Assembly (NCBI GenBank): GCA_000708835.1
Contig: DF237249.1
Coordinates: forward strand, 43,772 to 107,771
Source of the DNA: Klebsormidium nitens
Lineage: Eukaryota; Plantae; Klebsormidiophyceae
Length of the DNA stretch: 64,000 nt
Reading direction: 5' to 3'
Both the position numbers and the translations under genes were made by a program. The notes below the pieces were generated by a model, which did no database searches, was not told where the DNA came from, and saw only the letters and a program-made list of their open reading frames with translations. This document shows positions 49,301 to 60,200 of the stretch, piece by piece. Position 1 is the first letter of the stretch, and the number at the start of each line of letters is the position of its first letter.

Positions 49301-49933
49301 ATCGTGGAGATTGTTTACGCAATCTTTGTTGCACTTTGTTCGGCAGACGTGATAGGGGGAATGAGCACTACCTTTTTGCGCGGCTCCGGTTCTCACCCCA
49401 AGAAAGCCGGCTTTATAGTATCCCGCGGTGCTCCTTTACCAGGTCTTGCGAAGTTCCTTCTCGGCCTTGTCTCGAGGGTGTCAAAAACTCGAGTCTGTTT
49501 TTGCAGGACGGACGGCGACCGTTTGAGTTGACGTATCACGGCCGTTTCGATGAGACTCGACCCAGGAGCGGCATGACCCCGACGGGAAAGTGAGTAGTAA
49601 CGCGCCATCGTCATAGATCGGAGTCTCTTATGGCATAGTGTAGGTGCCTGCTTCTGCACAGGCGAAGTCGTAAGTGTGTATATCCTGGGTTGGTCGTTCG
49701 AAGCAATCAGCGGGAACGCAGTAATCCCCTCAGTGGACGTACTTGGCATTAGAGATCTAATCAATACTGGCTTCTGATATATTTGAGAGCTGAAAAAGCC
49801 GGTTGACGCCCTTCGGATTCTTCCGTGCAGAGATCTGCGGAACGCGCTGGACTGCACACTTTCGGGACGGCAGGTCACTGGTCAGCAGCTGCCATCCATT
49901 GGCTGCAGTATCAAGTGGCACCCGGAGGAGTGA
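46320..49933 (+). CDS. AhpC/TSA (peroxiredoxin-like, thioredoxin-fold) protein with plastid transit peptide, 8 exons
   Basis: Exons 46320-46646, 47066-47131, 47415-47495, 47748-47801, 48068-48136, 48653-48715, 49507-49589, 49831-49933. Motifs: GSRAPDFQL, FMCNHCPYV (CxxC), VVAISSNS...HPQDGPDQM, FPYLYDETQDVAKAYKAVCTPEFY, YHGRFDETRP, PSIGCSIKW. Confidence 0.93.
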
Positions 49934-51255
49934 GGCAGTAACTTCGGTGTGACGCAGTATGGGCCGATCCGCTTATGAAACCAGGCGGAAAAGGGGCAGC
50001 CCAAGAGTTTACTTGTGCACCTGATCTAGTATACTTCCGAGCTCGTGGTCTTCGCGATAGAGTAGAAGACGAGATGACGAGAGCATCGACCTCCTGGGAA
50101 GCTCAAACTGAGTGCATGTACTCTAACCGCGTTATAGAGTAGGGCCGGCCGGCGTATCATGAAGTCGGTCCGACAGAATTTCAGTTCCTGGCAGAAAAGT
50201 GTAGAAATAAGTTGTATGCTACCTTCGGCGTCCGTCGTGATGGCTGTTGAACCTGCTCGCTGGCTACTTCACCTGCATGTCACTGCTACTATACTCATCA
50301 TGTAGCCTGGCCGGCTGATCACAGATTGTATAGAGCTATATTATGATACTGAGCTTATCATGGCTCAGAGGCTAGTCATGATGGCCGTACGCATTGTAAA
50401 GTACATAGCATTGCATGCTCATATTCGAAGGCAATTGCGGCAAACTTGTAGCCAACTTTTCCAAAACGTGATTGTTGCTGCATGCGCCGTGGTGAGCACA
50501 GTTGTAATTAAAACCGCATTGATGCACTGCAGCCTAAGCACATGCCAGTGGCTGTCACGACGGCCCGCCATGTCATCCGGATTGTTTACTTATACATGTA
50601 TTCTAACTGATGAAGTACTATTCCTGTTATATCCAGGTCGGATCGCGAGCTTTCCGGCCGTACGCACATGTGCCCACGGGCCATGGAATTCGGCCGGCTA
50701 TACAGGCTAGCTATATAGAGAACCATGGTACGTCTGCAAATCACGTACGCGTAGCATGGTAAAATGAACATGAGCAAACATGTTCAGAGCGTCCAGTCTT
50801 CGTACTATAGTGACATATGGATCAGACGTATTTAAGGACATGTACAGGCGTCAAGATTAGAGCCTGCTAGACGACAAGCAAGTGTAGCCGCTGCACTTGA
50901 AGCACGACAACATATGCACACTTGAACCGTAATTATGCTCCAATTGTACACGAATAATATCGAGCAGCATGAAAGCGACAATCAGGAGAAAATACGAACA
51001 AACAAGATTCAGAAGGGGGGGCCAAGTGTCCCTTCGGCATGCAGTCCAACCGCATGACTTGCGACGATAGTGATGATAATGATGATGAAACGATACGAAG
51101 GCCGAAATCTTTGTGACCTGCACAACATGCCCCAACAATGTTCGAGCATTTTCCATCCAAACTACGAGGGTTCAATGCTGCAGCTCTAAGCAAAGGAAGT
51201 CAGGGAAGATTTGCCGATCTAGAGCCTGTACCAATGTCCAGTAATCGACTCCTAT

Positions 51256-53480
51256 TTACTCTTCCTTGCCGGTCTCAAGATCGTGGTATATGCCGCCTAA
51301 CCAAATATAGTTCGGACTTGGTGTCCGCCCTGTGCTGTTGAAGACTGACCTGGCGTCCTCCACAGCAGCAAAGAACGGATCCTCTGTTACTGTGACAGCC
51401 TTCAATGACTTCATCTCCCGCCTTGACCACTTTGGCAGTCGCTTTATGGCGAAACAAAGCAGCACGTAGAGGATGAAGATCTTGAACAAGAACCAGGCGA
51501 CCCACCACGGAACAAATGTCAGGCAGCTGTACAGGAGAATCCCAGAGGGGATTCTCCCAGAGGGGATTTTTTGTCCCGCTTTCCCTGTAACGTCGCCTGG
51601 AGAGAGCAAGTCAGTTCTCCAGATGCTGCAGCGAACCAGTATATCCGACCCATCCCAAGCAGCCGCCTGAATGCAGATGGCTCCAAAAGAGTGTAGAGAG
51701 AGAAGCCGATTGCCAGCAGCAAGCGCGCCAAGAAGTTGATCCACTCTAAACCCTTGGCCAGCAGCTCCCCCCTTCGTGCACTTGCCAACAACTGTTGAAT
51801 CGGTGCCAGAGACAGCCCCGTCTCGCTCGAGCCCCCCTCGGATTCAACTGCTCCAAGCAATCCAGCTCGGTGTTGTACAATTGTCAAACGACTACCCCAC
51901 TCTGAAAGGCGCATCTCGGCAAGTTTGGCGAGAACGGCCTTGGCTTCTTGCTGCCTTCCCCTATAGAAGGATGCCCGCAAGTGGATACAGACCTGGGCGC
52001 CATGCTGATTCTGGCTAAGGAAATGTGCTATTGAATCGAAGTTCTGGGGAGAAAGGCGGAAGTCGACTTCGAGAACCTGAAGGGCTGCGCTCGTTTGCAG
52101 GGCCACTGAACCAAAGATGTCCTCCCTCCAATCATGTCCCCAGAAATCCACTTTGGGAGCCTGGAAAGACACATGGAAGACACCGCTCCCACCAATCGCC
52201 TCGCAGACTGTTGAGAGGGGATCCGAGCTAAACCTGTCGCAATCCAACAACCTCAGACAGAGCTCAGGGCGCCTCCGCAAGAACTCTGCAATTTCAGAGC
52301 CCCTTTTTGTGACGAGCATCTCAGTGACAACCTTGCTTTCATCCTTCAGATGGTACGTTTGCTCCCAACAGCCAAGGACATTTCCAGCCGCATTCTTGAG
52401 GTGCGCTATCGTCAGGACCTTGCTAAGGAAGTTGTTGTAGAGGGCTTTTGAGTGCTTTTCGTGGGGATCGTGGGACATCAGGGAATACTCTGAGTAGGTC
52501 AAAGAGCTGGCATTTGCTAGAACTCGGGCTAGAGGGCTCTGGAAGGCGCGTCTTTGCTCTGCAACTACGGGCCCTTCTGAGGGGACAGTAAGATCATCCA
52601 AGCCGTATCTAAAGGCAGACCACGTATCTGATATCGCTAGATTCACACGGAACGTGCAGTCTCCTCCTGTCAGAGCTCGCAAAATATCCGTGTGGTGCAT
52701 GGGAAAAGGTGGATCATCTACCCTGTTCATCCTTAAGTCAACTCTATACCCTGCTGCGGAAAGCACAATGACGCTTGCTGCTAAGAAAGAGGGCGACAAC
52801 ATCTTTGCTCCAGATACATTGAGCCAGACACACACTCTCTCTCGCATTGAGCTCTCAATTTGTGCTGCTGCGGTCTCAATGAAGGGAGGAAAGACAACTT
52901 CAGAAACCTTGCGCCCCATCTCCTTCAGCCAGTCAACATTCTCTGCTGCGAGAATGGTGCAGGCCTCGAGCACACGTTTTGAACTGCTCAGCGACCGCTC
53001 CAAATGCTTCTCGAGAAACTTTTGCTGGTATGGAAAACCAGCCGCTCTCACAATTGAGGCAATCCTGGCCTCCAAGTACACATCTTTGTAGATTGGTGAC
53101 CAAGGGCGCTGTCTTCTTTCACGGTGAGCCTGCGCAAAACTGTCAAATACTGCGGCCATGGATTCAATCTGGGGCAAAGCTTTGTCAAAGCCTGGCTGGA
53201 TTTGCGCGAGGACTTTCACAAACTGGCTCTCACTTACATCTGTTGCACTCATGACCCGCAGGTTGACTGCATGCCAGGGTTCCAGATCTCGAAGCACGTC
53301 CCTGTGACCCTTGCTCACCATTTCCAGTGCCAAGCGATCCCTGAACGCAATCATCTTCAGGATGATACGAACAACATCCGCAGGCAGCTCATGGATTGGA
53401 AAGGAGCCCGCGCCTTCTTCATCAAGGCTTAACCCCGCCTGCCCTACGTCCATGGCGCTTGCAATCAGTTGCTCCATCAT
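51256..53480 (-). CDS. F-box protein with a large domain of unknown function; 653-aa ORF 53480-51519, possibly extended to 51256 through a short intron
   Basis: Long uninterrupted ORF with N-terminal F-box (IHELPADVVRIILKMIAFRDRLALEMVSKGHRDVL). A candidate 53-nt intron at 51649-51597 would add a hydrophobic C-terminal exon. Confidence 0.8.
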
Positions 53481-54295
53481 CTCACCACAAGTATCCTGCT
53501 TCAGCGCACCTGCCGAGAAATCTCAACTGCAAGCAGCCTCATCATGCCTCATCAGCCATTGGCATTGCCTGTTGTGCAGGTCTAGGATAAACCCATGTCA
53601 TAATAACACCATCTCTGCCTTCGAATCCAAATTCTGAGCAAGCCTGCTATAAAACCCGTATAAAACGCCTCGGCGACCAGATAGCGTGTATGCCCGCAGT
53701 TCGGGTCGCTAATCCGGTCCCATGTGATCAGTTTCTTGGCGACAAAGGAGCAGAATACCATGCGAAGTGGCCGCTGCAGTACCCACGTGGTCAGACGCCC
53801 TCTTCAATTGATCAGTAATTTAATTCTCAAGCTGCTGCGCACACTGTGCACAGCACCAGAAAAGCAGAGCCAGCGGGCGCAGCTTGTTGCTGCTGCTGTC
53901 TTGCAAGTTGCATGCTTGTCCACTGGCAGTGTTCTGCTTTGAACTTTTGAACTTTGACTTCGCGTTTCTGGTGGCTCGTCCGCCTGTTGTACTGCCCGTT
54001 TGCTGGTCTGAATACCTTACCATAAAGCTAATCTGAACGGCATTGAGGCGGGGGCTAGGAACGGGCTAGGAACGTGGAACATTAGTCCAGCTTGTTTGAA
54101 CAGCAAAAAACATATCAAGTACTTCCTCTTGTTCGCGCTGCTCTGATGTACGCTAGGTTGTGTTTCACCAGCGAGCACGGATTGACAAGTTCGATGAGAA
54201 AGGGGACGAGGACTGCAATGACTCACTGATCGATTGCAATCTGGTAGGAAGTGGTACTTGTCTTGGAGCAGTAGCATGGTCCTGTTTGGCCAGTC

Positions 54296-57200
54296 ATGAG
54301 CAATTGCTGGTGCAAATGCGAGGCGGGTGTGGGCCAGTGTGGGCCCAAGGTGCCAAAGCTGAAGGCGCTCTTCCGGTGAGATCTCTATGCTTTTTCGCAG
54401 AGTCTATCTGTGAGACGACCAGCGGCTTCTTACTTTCATAAAGGCTGAGGAGCATGACACAGAGATCATGGTGGTGGTTGCTGCAAAGAGGGGAAGACTC
54501 AGAGAATGCGATTGGCTCCTGAAACTGAATGAACAGCCACAGTTGTACGTTTCAAGACCGCCTAAATTACTAGATTCATGCAAGAGCAATGTCAACTATT
54601 GAAAGATACCCTGAGTCGTCATCTTTTCTGCAGATCCTACAAAGATGGTGATGACGGCCCCATAAGGCGCAACGACAGGCAGGCTGAGCTGGAGTCCCTA
54701 TGGCAGGTGACTGTTTTTCGCACTACCCCACGGTTCAAAGGGAGGGCAGGTGTTCCGTCTGCCGTGCTTTGTACAGAACAGGTGGTCTTTGATCTTACCA
54801 ACCAGAACCTCCTTAGGGACTCATATGTTTTGTCCGCCAGGTATAGAGGATCAAAGGCTGGCTCCTCTGATCAGCGCCCTCGCCGGTTCTCACGGTGGCG
54901 CCTTAACTTTCGAAATGCTGTTAGCCTTACCACTTGTGCTTCTTTCAACTACACAAATTGCGCACTACTTGTTGAAAGAATCATAACTCTTCTGGAAAAG
55001 GCTGCGGCTTTATCAGCTCTCCTCAAGCAGATTCATCGAAGTTCTCCTCCCTAGGTGGACCATGTCCCGCCTGATTTGAAAAGAACGAGACGAAAATAAG
55101 GAGAGGCAAGGAAAGTCGAATTATAAGCATGCAAAGTAAGTCTGACAATGTTGCTTTTTGTTTTCAGGAGTGCGGGGAAGACAAGCTGATGCGGCAGGAG
55201 GATTTGAAGGTCGCTCTCGCAGATGCAGTGGACCGGGTCTATGACAAGGTAGGCGGTACGCTGGACTCCATTTTGAGAACTTCTTCCGGACAGTGATGTG
55301 GGGGCAGTACTGTCTATGTCAGGGCACAAGGGTCGCCAAGGGCTGTGCCTGATTGAATTACAAGGACTTGATTTTGTAGGTCCCCATGTAGCGCTGAGCA
55401 AACGGGGCCTTGAAGAGAGTCGTGGTTCGTGTAGGTTTGTCTTTCTCCTGCTGACTTGCGGGGAGTGACAATCCGAAAACCAGGTTGTAGACATTGATTT
55501 TCTTCTGCTGATTTCAGTTCACCTGCACCTTCAGGAGAGGAACCCAGCGATTTCCTGGGCAATTGGGCGAACAGAGGTTGTGGACTTGTTTTGCGACTTT
55601 CCCTGCAAAGGTTGTCTTTGCCTTCTGCCTGATTTGATTCTTTCCAACTTCTTCCGTTGATACGATGCCCCCGAAGGTGACAACGTTGGATTTTGCTCGG
55701 TTGCATCTGAGTAACGTTGCACCGAGTTGATTTGCATTTAAGGGCCACAGACTGTTCTGAGGATATTCGTCACCTCTCTATGTTGAAGGGGCCGATCAAC
55801 GTTCCCGAAGCAGGCCAAAGCGATCGTGTAACCTTCTGTTGAACTCCTGAACTTCATAGACGCCACGCTTCCGATCGTTGTCTTTTGTCTCAACTCCCGT
55901 TTCGTTCATCCTCCGAAACGCACCTGAAAGCCGTTTGTTTTGGGGAATGCACGAAGTAAGAAGTACAGACCAAAGAAGTACGAAAAGAGATTGGTCTGGG
56001 AAGAACAAACGAACGAACGAAAAGAAGCTCCTTGCTGCAGTGTCAGGAGGACGCCATGCGCCGGCGCGCCGCGCTCATGGCAAACGTGCTGGCGAGCGAG
56101 GAGCGGATCCGCGACATCCTGGGGATCGAAGCGGAGATCGCGCCCAAGGAGCTGCCACTGCAGACGCGGCTCGACGCGAACCTGAGCCGTTTGCACGAGC
56201 TCGAGAATGTGAGGCGTGCTCTCTTTCTGCTCGCTCTCTTGCCCTCATTCTGCAATTCTTTCTTGTTTTTTTCGTTGTTTTGGCGTTCTATGTTGGTGCA
56301 GGGAGTTGTGTCGATCATCTTTGTGTTTTATCTGTGTACTGGCAGACTTGCTTGAGAGGGGCGACTTCGCTTCTACCGCGACAAAAATAACAGCTGCGGA
56401 CGGGCAGAGTTCGTAGCTTACCAGCTACTTTTCAGTGCAGAGAGAACAGAGAGGTTATGTGTTTTTATTAGAAAAAGGCAGCGGCTAGTGTGGCGAAGTA
56501 TACCAGACGAAAGTGGATCAAACGAACATGAACAACTGCACCATGACCCATGTACCGAGCTTCATCTTATATGGAGGCTCTAGAATCTTTTGGTAGCAAG
56601 ATAAAGTACCTGTTGAGTCTTCATTGCGAGACTCTGGCCTGGAGTACGGTAGAATTGGATTTCCATGCCCTATTTCATCGGGCGTATAGAACCGCTAATC
56701 GATCGCATACCCCATCCTAGTGGGGTATTCTTTCCAGGTTTTCGATCTTGTGTGAGAGGTCTCGGCATATCGTTGAGATTCGTTTTGAAGAAAGCCTACG
56801 TTGAGTTCAGTCACTTCCTGGAACAGGTTAAGATAATTTGGGGGTTTAGGGTGGGCAGTGGTGCGGAGCACGTTAATCTCGTTTGTAGAATCTTATTATA
56901 TCCGAGTCGGGGGCACTGGTGCAAGCTGGCGTCGTCCTTACTCGACGCCCAGTTGAAACTTCATCGGTGTTATGAATGAGATCCTCCAGGCTTGACTGAG
57001 TAATGTTATGTTTTTCTGAATGCAGCTGCGGGGCGACGGCTTTGGCTGGATGGGCGGGCTCGTCATTCTGATGGAGCTGCGGCGGCGCATGTCCGCACTG
57101 CGAACCACGATCCGAGTGCCGGACGGGCCGGAGGGCTCCAAGCTGGAAGAGGTGAGCGAACTCCGTATTCAAGAAAGGCTTCTTTGAGTTTTCGAGACTT

Positions 57201-60200
57201 CGTCGAGAGTTGCCTGTCACAGGACCCACAGGTGGAGCCCGCTCGTCTGGAACGGGCCGAGGTCTGACAAGGTCCAACACCTTGTGAACTTCGTCGATCG
57301 GGACTGATTTGAGTGGAGAAAGGTTCTCCACTTGGAAGCTGGAAGTGTGACTCTTTGGGTGCCGTTGGAGGGACAGGGAAACAACGCCGATATTCATGAT
57401 AACGGACCAACTTATTGAGATCGGTTTGTCCAAAAGCAATCGACCAAAGCAATCTTCCAAACCGGATGGCAGCATCTCTGGCCATTGTAGCTCGTAGAAT
57501 CCCGGCATGGGCAAATCGGGAGCCTGTACGGACAAGCAAGTCACAAAGCCTTGATCTACAGAGTACTCGACTTTCGAAGGCCAAGAAACGGCTGAATATA
57601 TGTTTGGCCTGACGAAGGCCTTCCCGTCAGCGGCACCGGCAGCACGTCGAGGGAGAGTCTTTTCCCTCGACTTTCTTTTGTCACCGGAGTGACCGTTGCT
57701 AGAAGGCTTCTCTAACAATTGTGTGCGGTGATACCTTTTCCGGGTGACGGACAGCTTTCTTAATCAACTTCTGCGAACAACCCTCTTATCCTCAATAATG
57801 GCCCATTCCGGTGCGAACAACAATCTTATCCTCAACAATGGCCCATTCCAAAGCCGGATATAGTCATGATGCCGGCAGGCTTTAGAACAGGTGCGAACTG
57901 TTCAAGAAACTTATTTTCTGAGGACAAACTCCAAAACCAGACTTGTTTGATGTCACAGATGCTGCACTCGACTATGGACGCTTTGGAGCATCCGGACAAG
58001 GACAGCAGCGAGAGGGGGTCGTCCAAAGCTGCGCCACGGACCTTGAAGAAACCCATGTTCCAGGTACGCTGACGACATGGTTACTATGTTTGTTATTGCA
58101 GAAGATCTTGTGCAATCTGTGCGCTCCAACTCTGGCAGAGATATCCATCAACGGCACAAGGGAATCAAAATAGGAGGAAGTGGGTTCGCTCGCGTAGGTT
58201 GCCCGTTGGTTGGGTTCCATGAGACATTTCTGGTTAAGCATTCAGCCCAAAGGGCTTTTGCTCTTGACCCAGTCGCCAACCCCGCTCTTGACCCACCGTT
58301 TCCAGCGCCTAGAGAGTTTCTACAAGAACCTCTGCGGCCTCGACGGCGCCCCCGAGCCCCTGCCCCCTGCCAACCCCTCTGTTGAGAAACCGGTCTCCCC
58401 CGGACGCCCACCTAAGGTACCGAAGCGGGACGGAGAGCCCGTTTCTCCACCCGGTTCCGCTTTGAAAATGGATTACCCACAAATCCGGGTTTCGGCCGCA
58501 GCCAGCCCCGATACCGGTCGCGCTCCGAAGGAGAGCTACCCGCTGATCATTGCCGCGCCGACGGACATTCAAGAAGAGCTGACTCTTGAATCTCTGGGTG
58601 GGTTGTCTGGTAGAGCATCTTTTCTGCTGAATGTTAGAGGAAAGGGCGCCGCATCTTTTCGGAGCTTCGTCTACGGAAACGTCTCGGCGCAAAATACTGC
58701 GCGCGTTTCATATTTTTTCTTGAAGAGAATGTTGACGAGTGGGCTCCTAATCAAGAAGAGGGTTGCCAGTTGCTTTCGAAAGAAACAGAGGCTCAGTCAG
58801 CAGTGCGGGCGGGCAAGGTTGGACACCACTTTCACAGGCTTCCCTTTGATGCACTGCCGGTGTCTCTCGCAAACGAAGAATCCCCACGATGGAGCTGCAG
58901 GGTTCCTGGTTTCTAGGCTGTTGGTGGAATGCAGATTGTGGCCCCTCGTTGTTCTCAAAATTCTGCTGCCCTCGACATTTGCAATAAGTGACCTGGGCTC
59001 ATTTGACGTGTCGCACTCGAAAATTTCCCTACGTGAGTCTGCTTCTAATTCACGAGGATATGTCCGGAAGGTTCATTCGTAACTGCCCCACAGCGTCAAC
59101 GCTTGCAACTGCGTTTCACGCTCTCTGGCCCCTCTCCTCAGAGCCTTTCTGTTAAGTTCCTTACTAACCACCTTCATGATTCTCTCTCGTACTCCCAGGT
59201 GCCAAGATCATCAAGAAGATTGATGAGATCAACGCCAAGCACGCTCCCCCACCCTCGACAGCTCCCGCCCCTCCACCCCCCCCAGGCGACAACAAACGGC
59301 CGTTGCCGCCGTCTCCCCTGATCCTGCCTCAGCCGAAAATTCCACGCTGCATATCCATAAGCGCCCCGCCCTTCTTATGGCCCACCGACCTGACAGCATT
59401 GGCAGAAACGCAGAGAGCGCTCGAAGGGAGTTCTTCGGAAGAAGAGCCAGGTGTTTCGGGGGGCGGATCGTTTTTCTCGTCGTTCTTCCCCGTCGGGGGG
59501 CGGTCAGCGCAGCAGACTGGGGTGCAATTCGTGAACGGCGTCAGCGGTTCCGGTTCTGCTGGGGACCGAAAGGAAGAGGGCCGGCCGGAAGGGACTGGCG
59601 CCCGCCGTCTGAATCTTTTCGGGGGGTTCTTTGCCAGCGGGAAGTCCCCCCGGGAAGGAGATGCGGGCGCTGTCTCCCCTGCCGAGCCGGCATTGGAAAG
59701 CAGCCGAAGTATGGAGGCCCGCAGGGCGGATTCCGCCGGAGCTCCGGCGGAACAGCCTCCGGTTCCTCCGCCCAGAACGCCTCTTCACCAGTCGGCTTCC
59801 GAGGGGGCTCTGAACACCCCCACCGCTGCCCCGCCACCGCCCCCTCCAAGAAGAGTAGCTTCGTCAGGGGGGCCTGCACCCCCACCTCCACCGCCCCCCC
59901 CTGCCAGGTCAAAATCGGGCGCTCTGCTGACGCAACAAAAAAGCAAGCTGAAAAGGTCCACGAAAATGGGGGCACTCTACCGGGGGTTGAAGCGCAAGGT
60001 GGAAGGAACGGGCGGAATGGGGGGGTGGGAAGCGGGGCAGGAAGGAGGGGGGGGGCGAGGATGGAAAGGGGCGAAAGGGCGCTGCGGGGGCGACTGCGGC
60101 GGGGATGGCAGAGATGCTAGGCGAGATTACGAAACGGTGGGTGGACTCAATTCCTTTCTTTGCAACGATTTTGGCCTTTGAGCCTTTGACTGGGCGGGTA

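Noticed and set aside
59377-60120. Several long overlapping ORFs (59377-60120 +, 59504-59975 -)
   Set aside because: Alternative-frame shadows of the GC-rich CHUP1-like exon 8; only the last ~35 codons of the + frame are used after the G-run shift.
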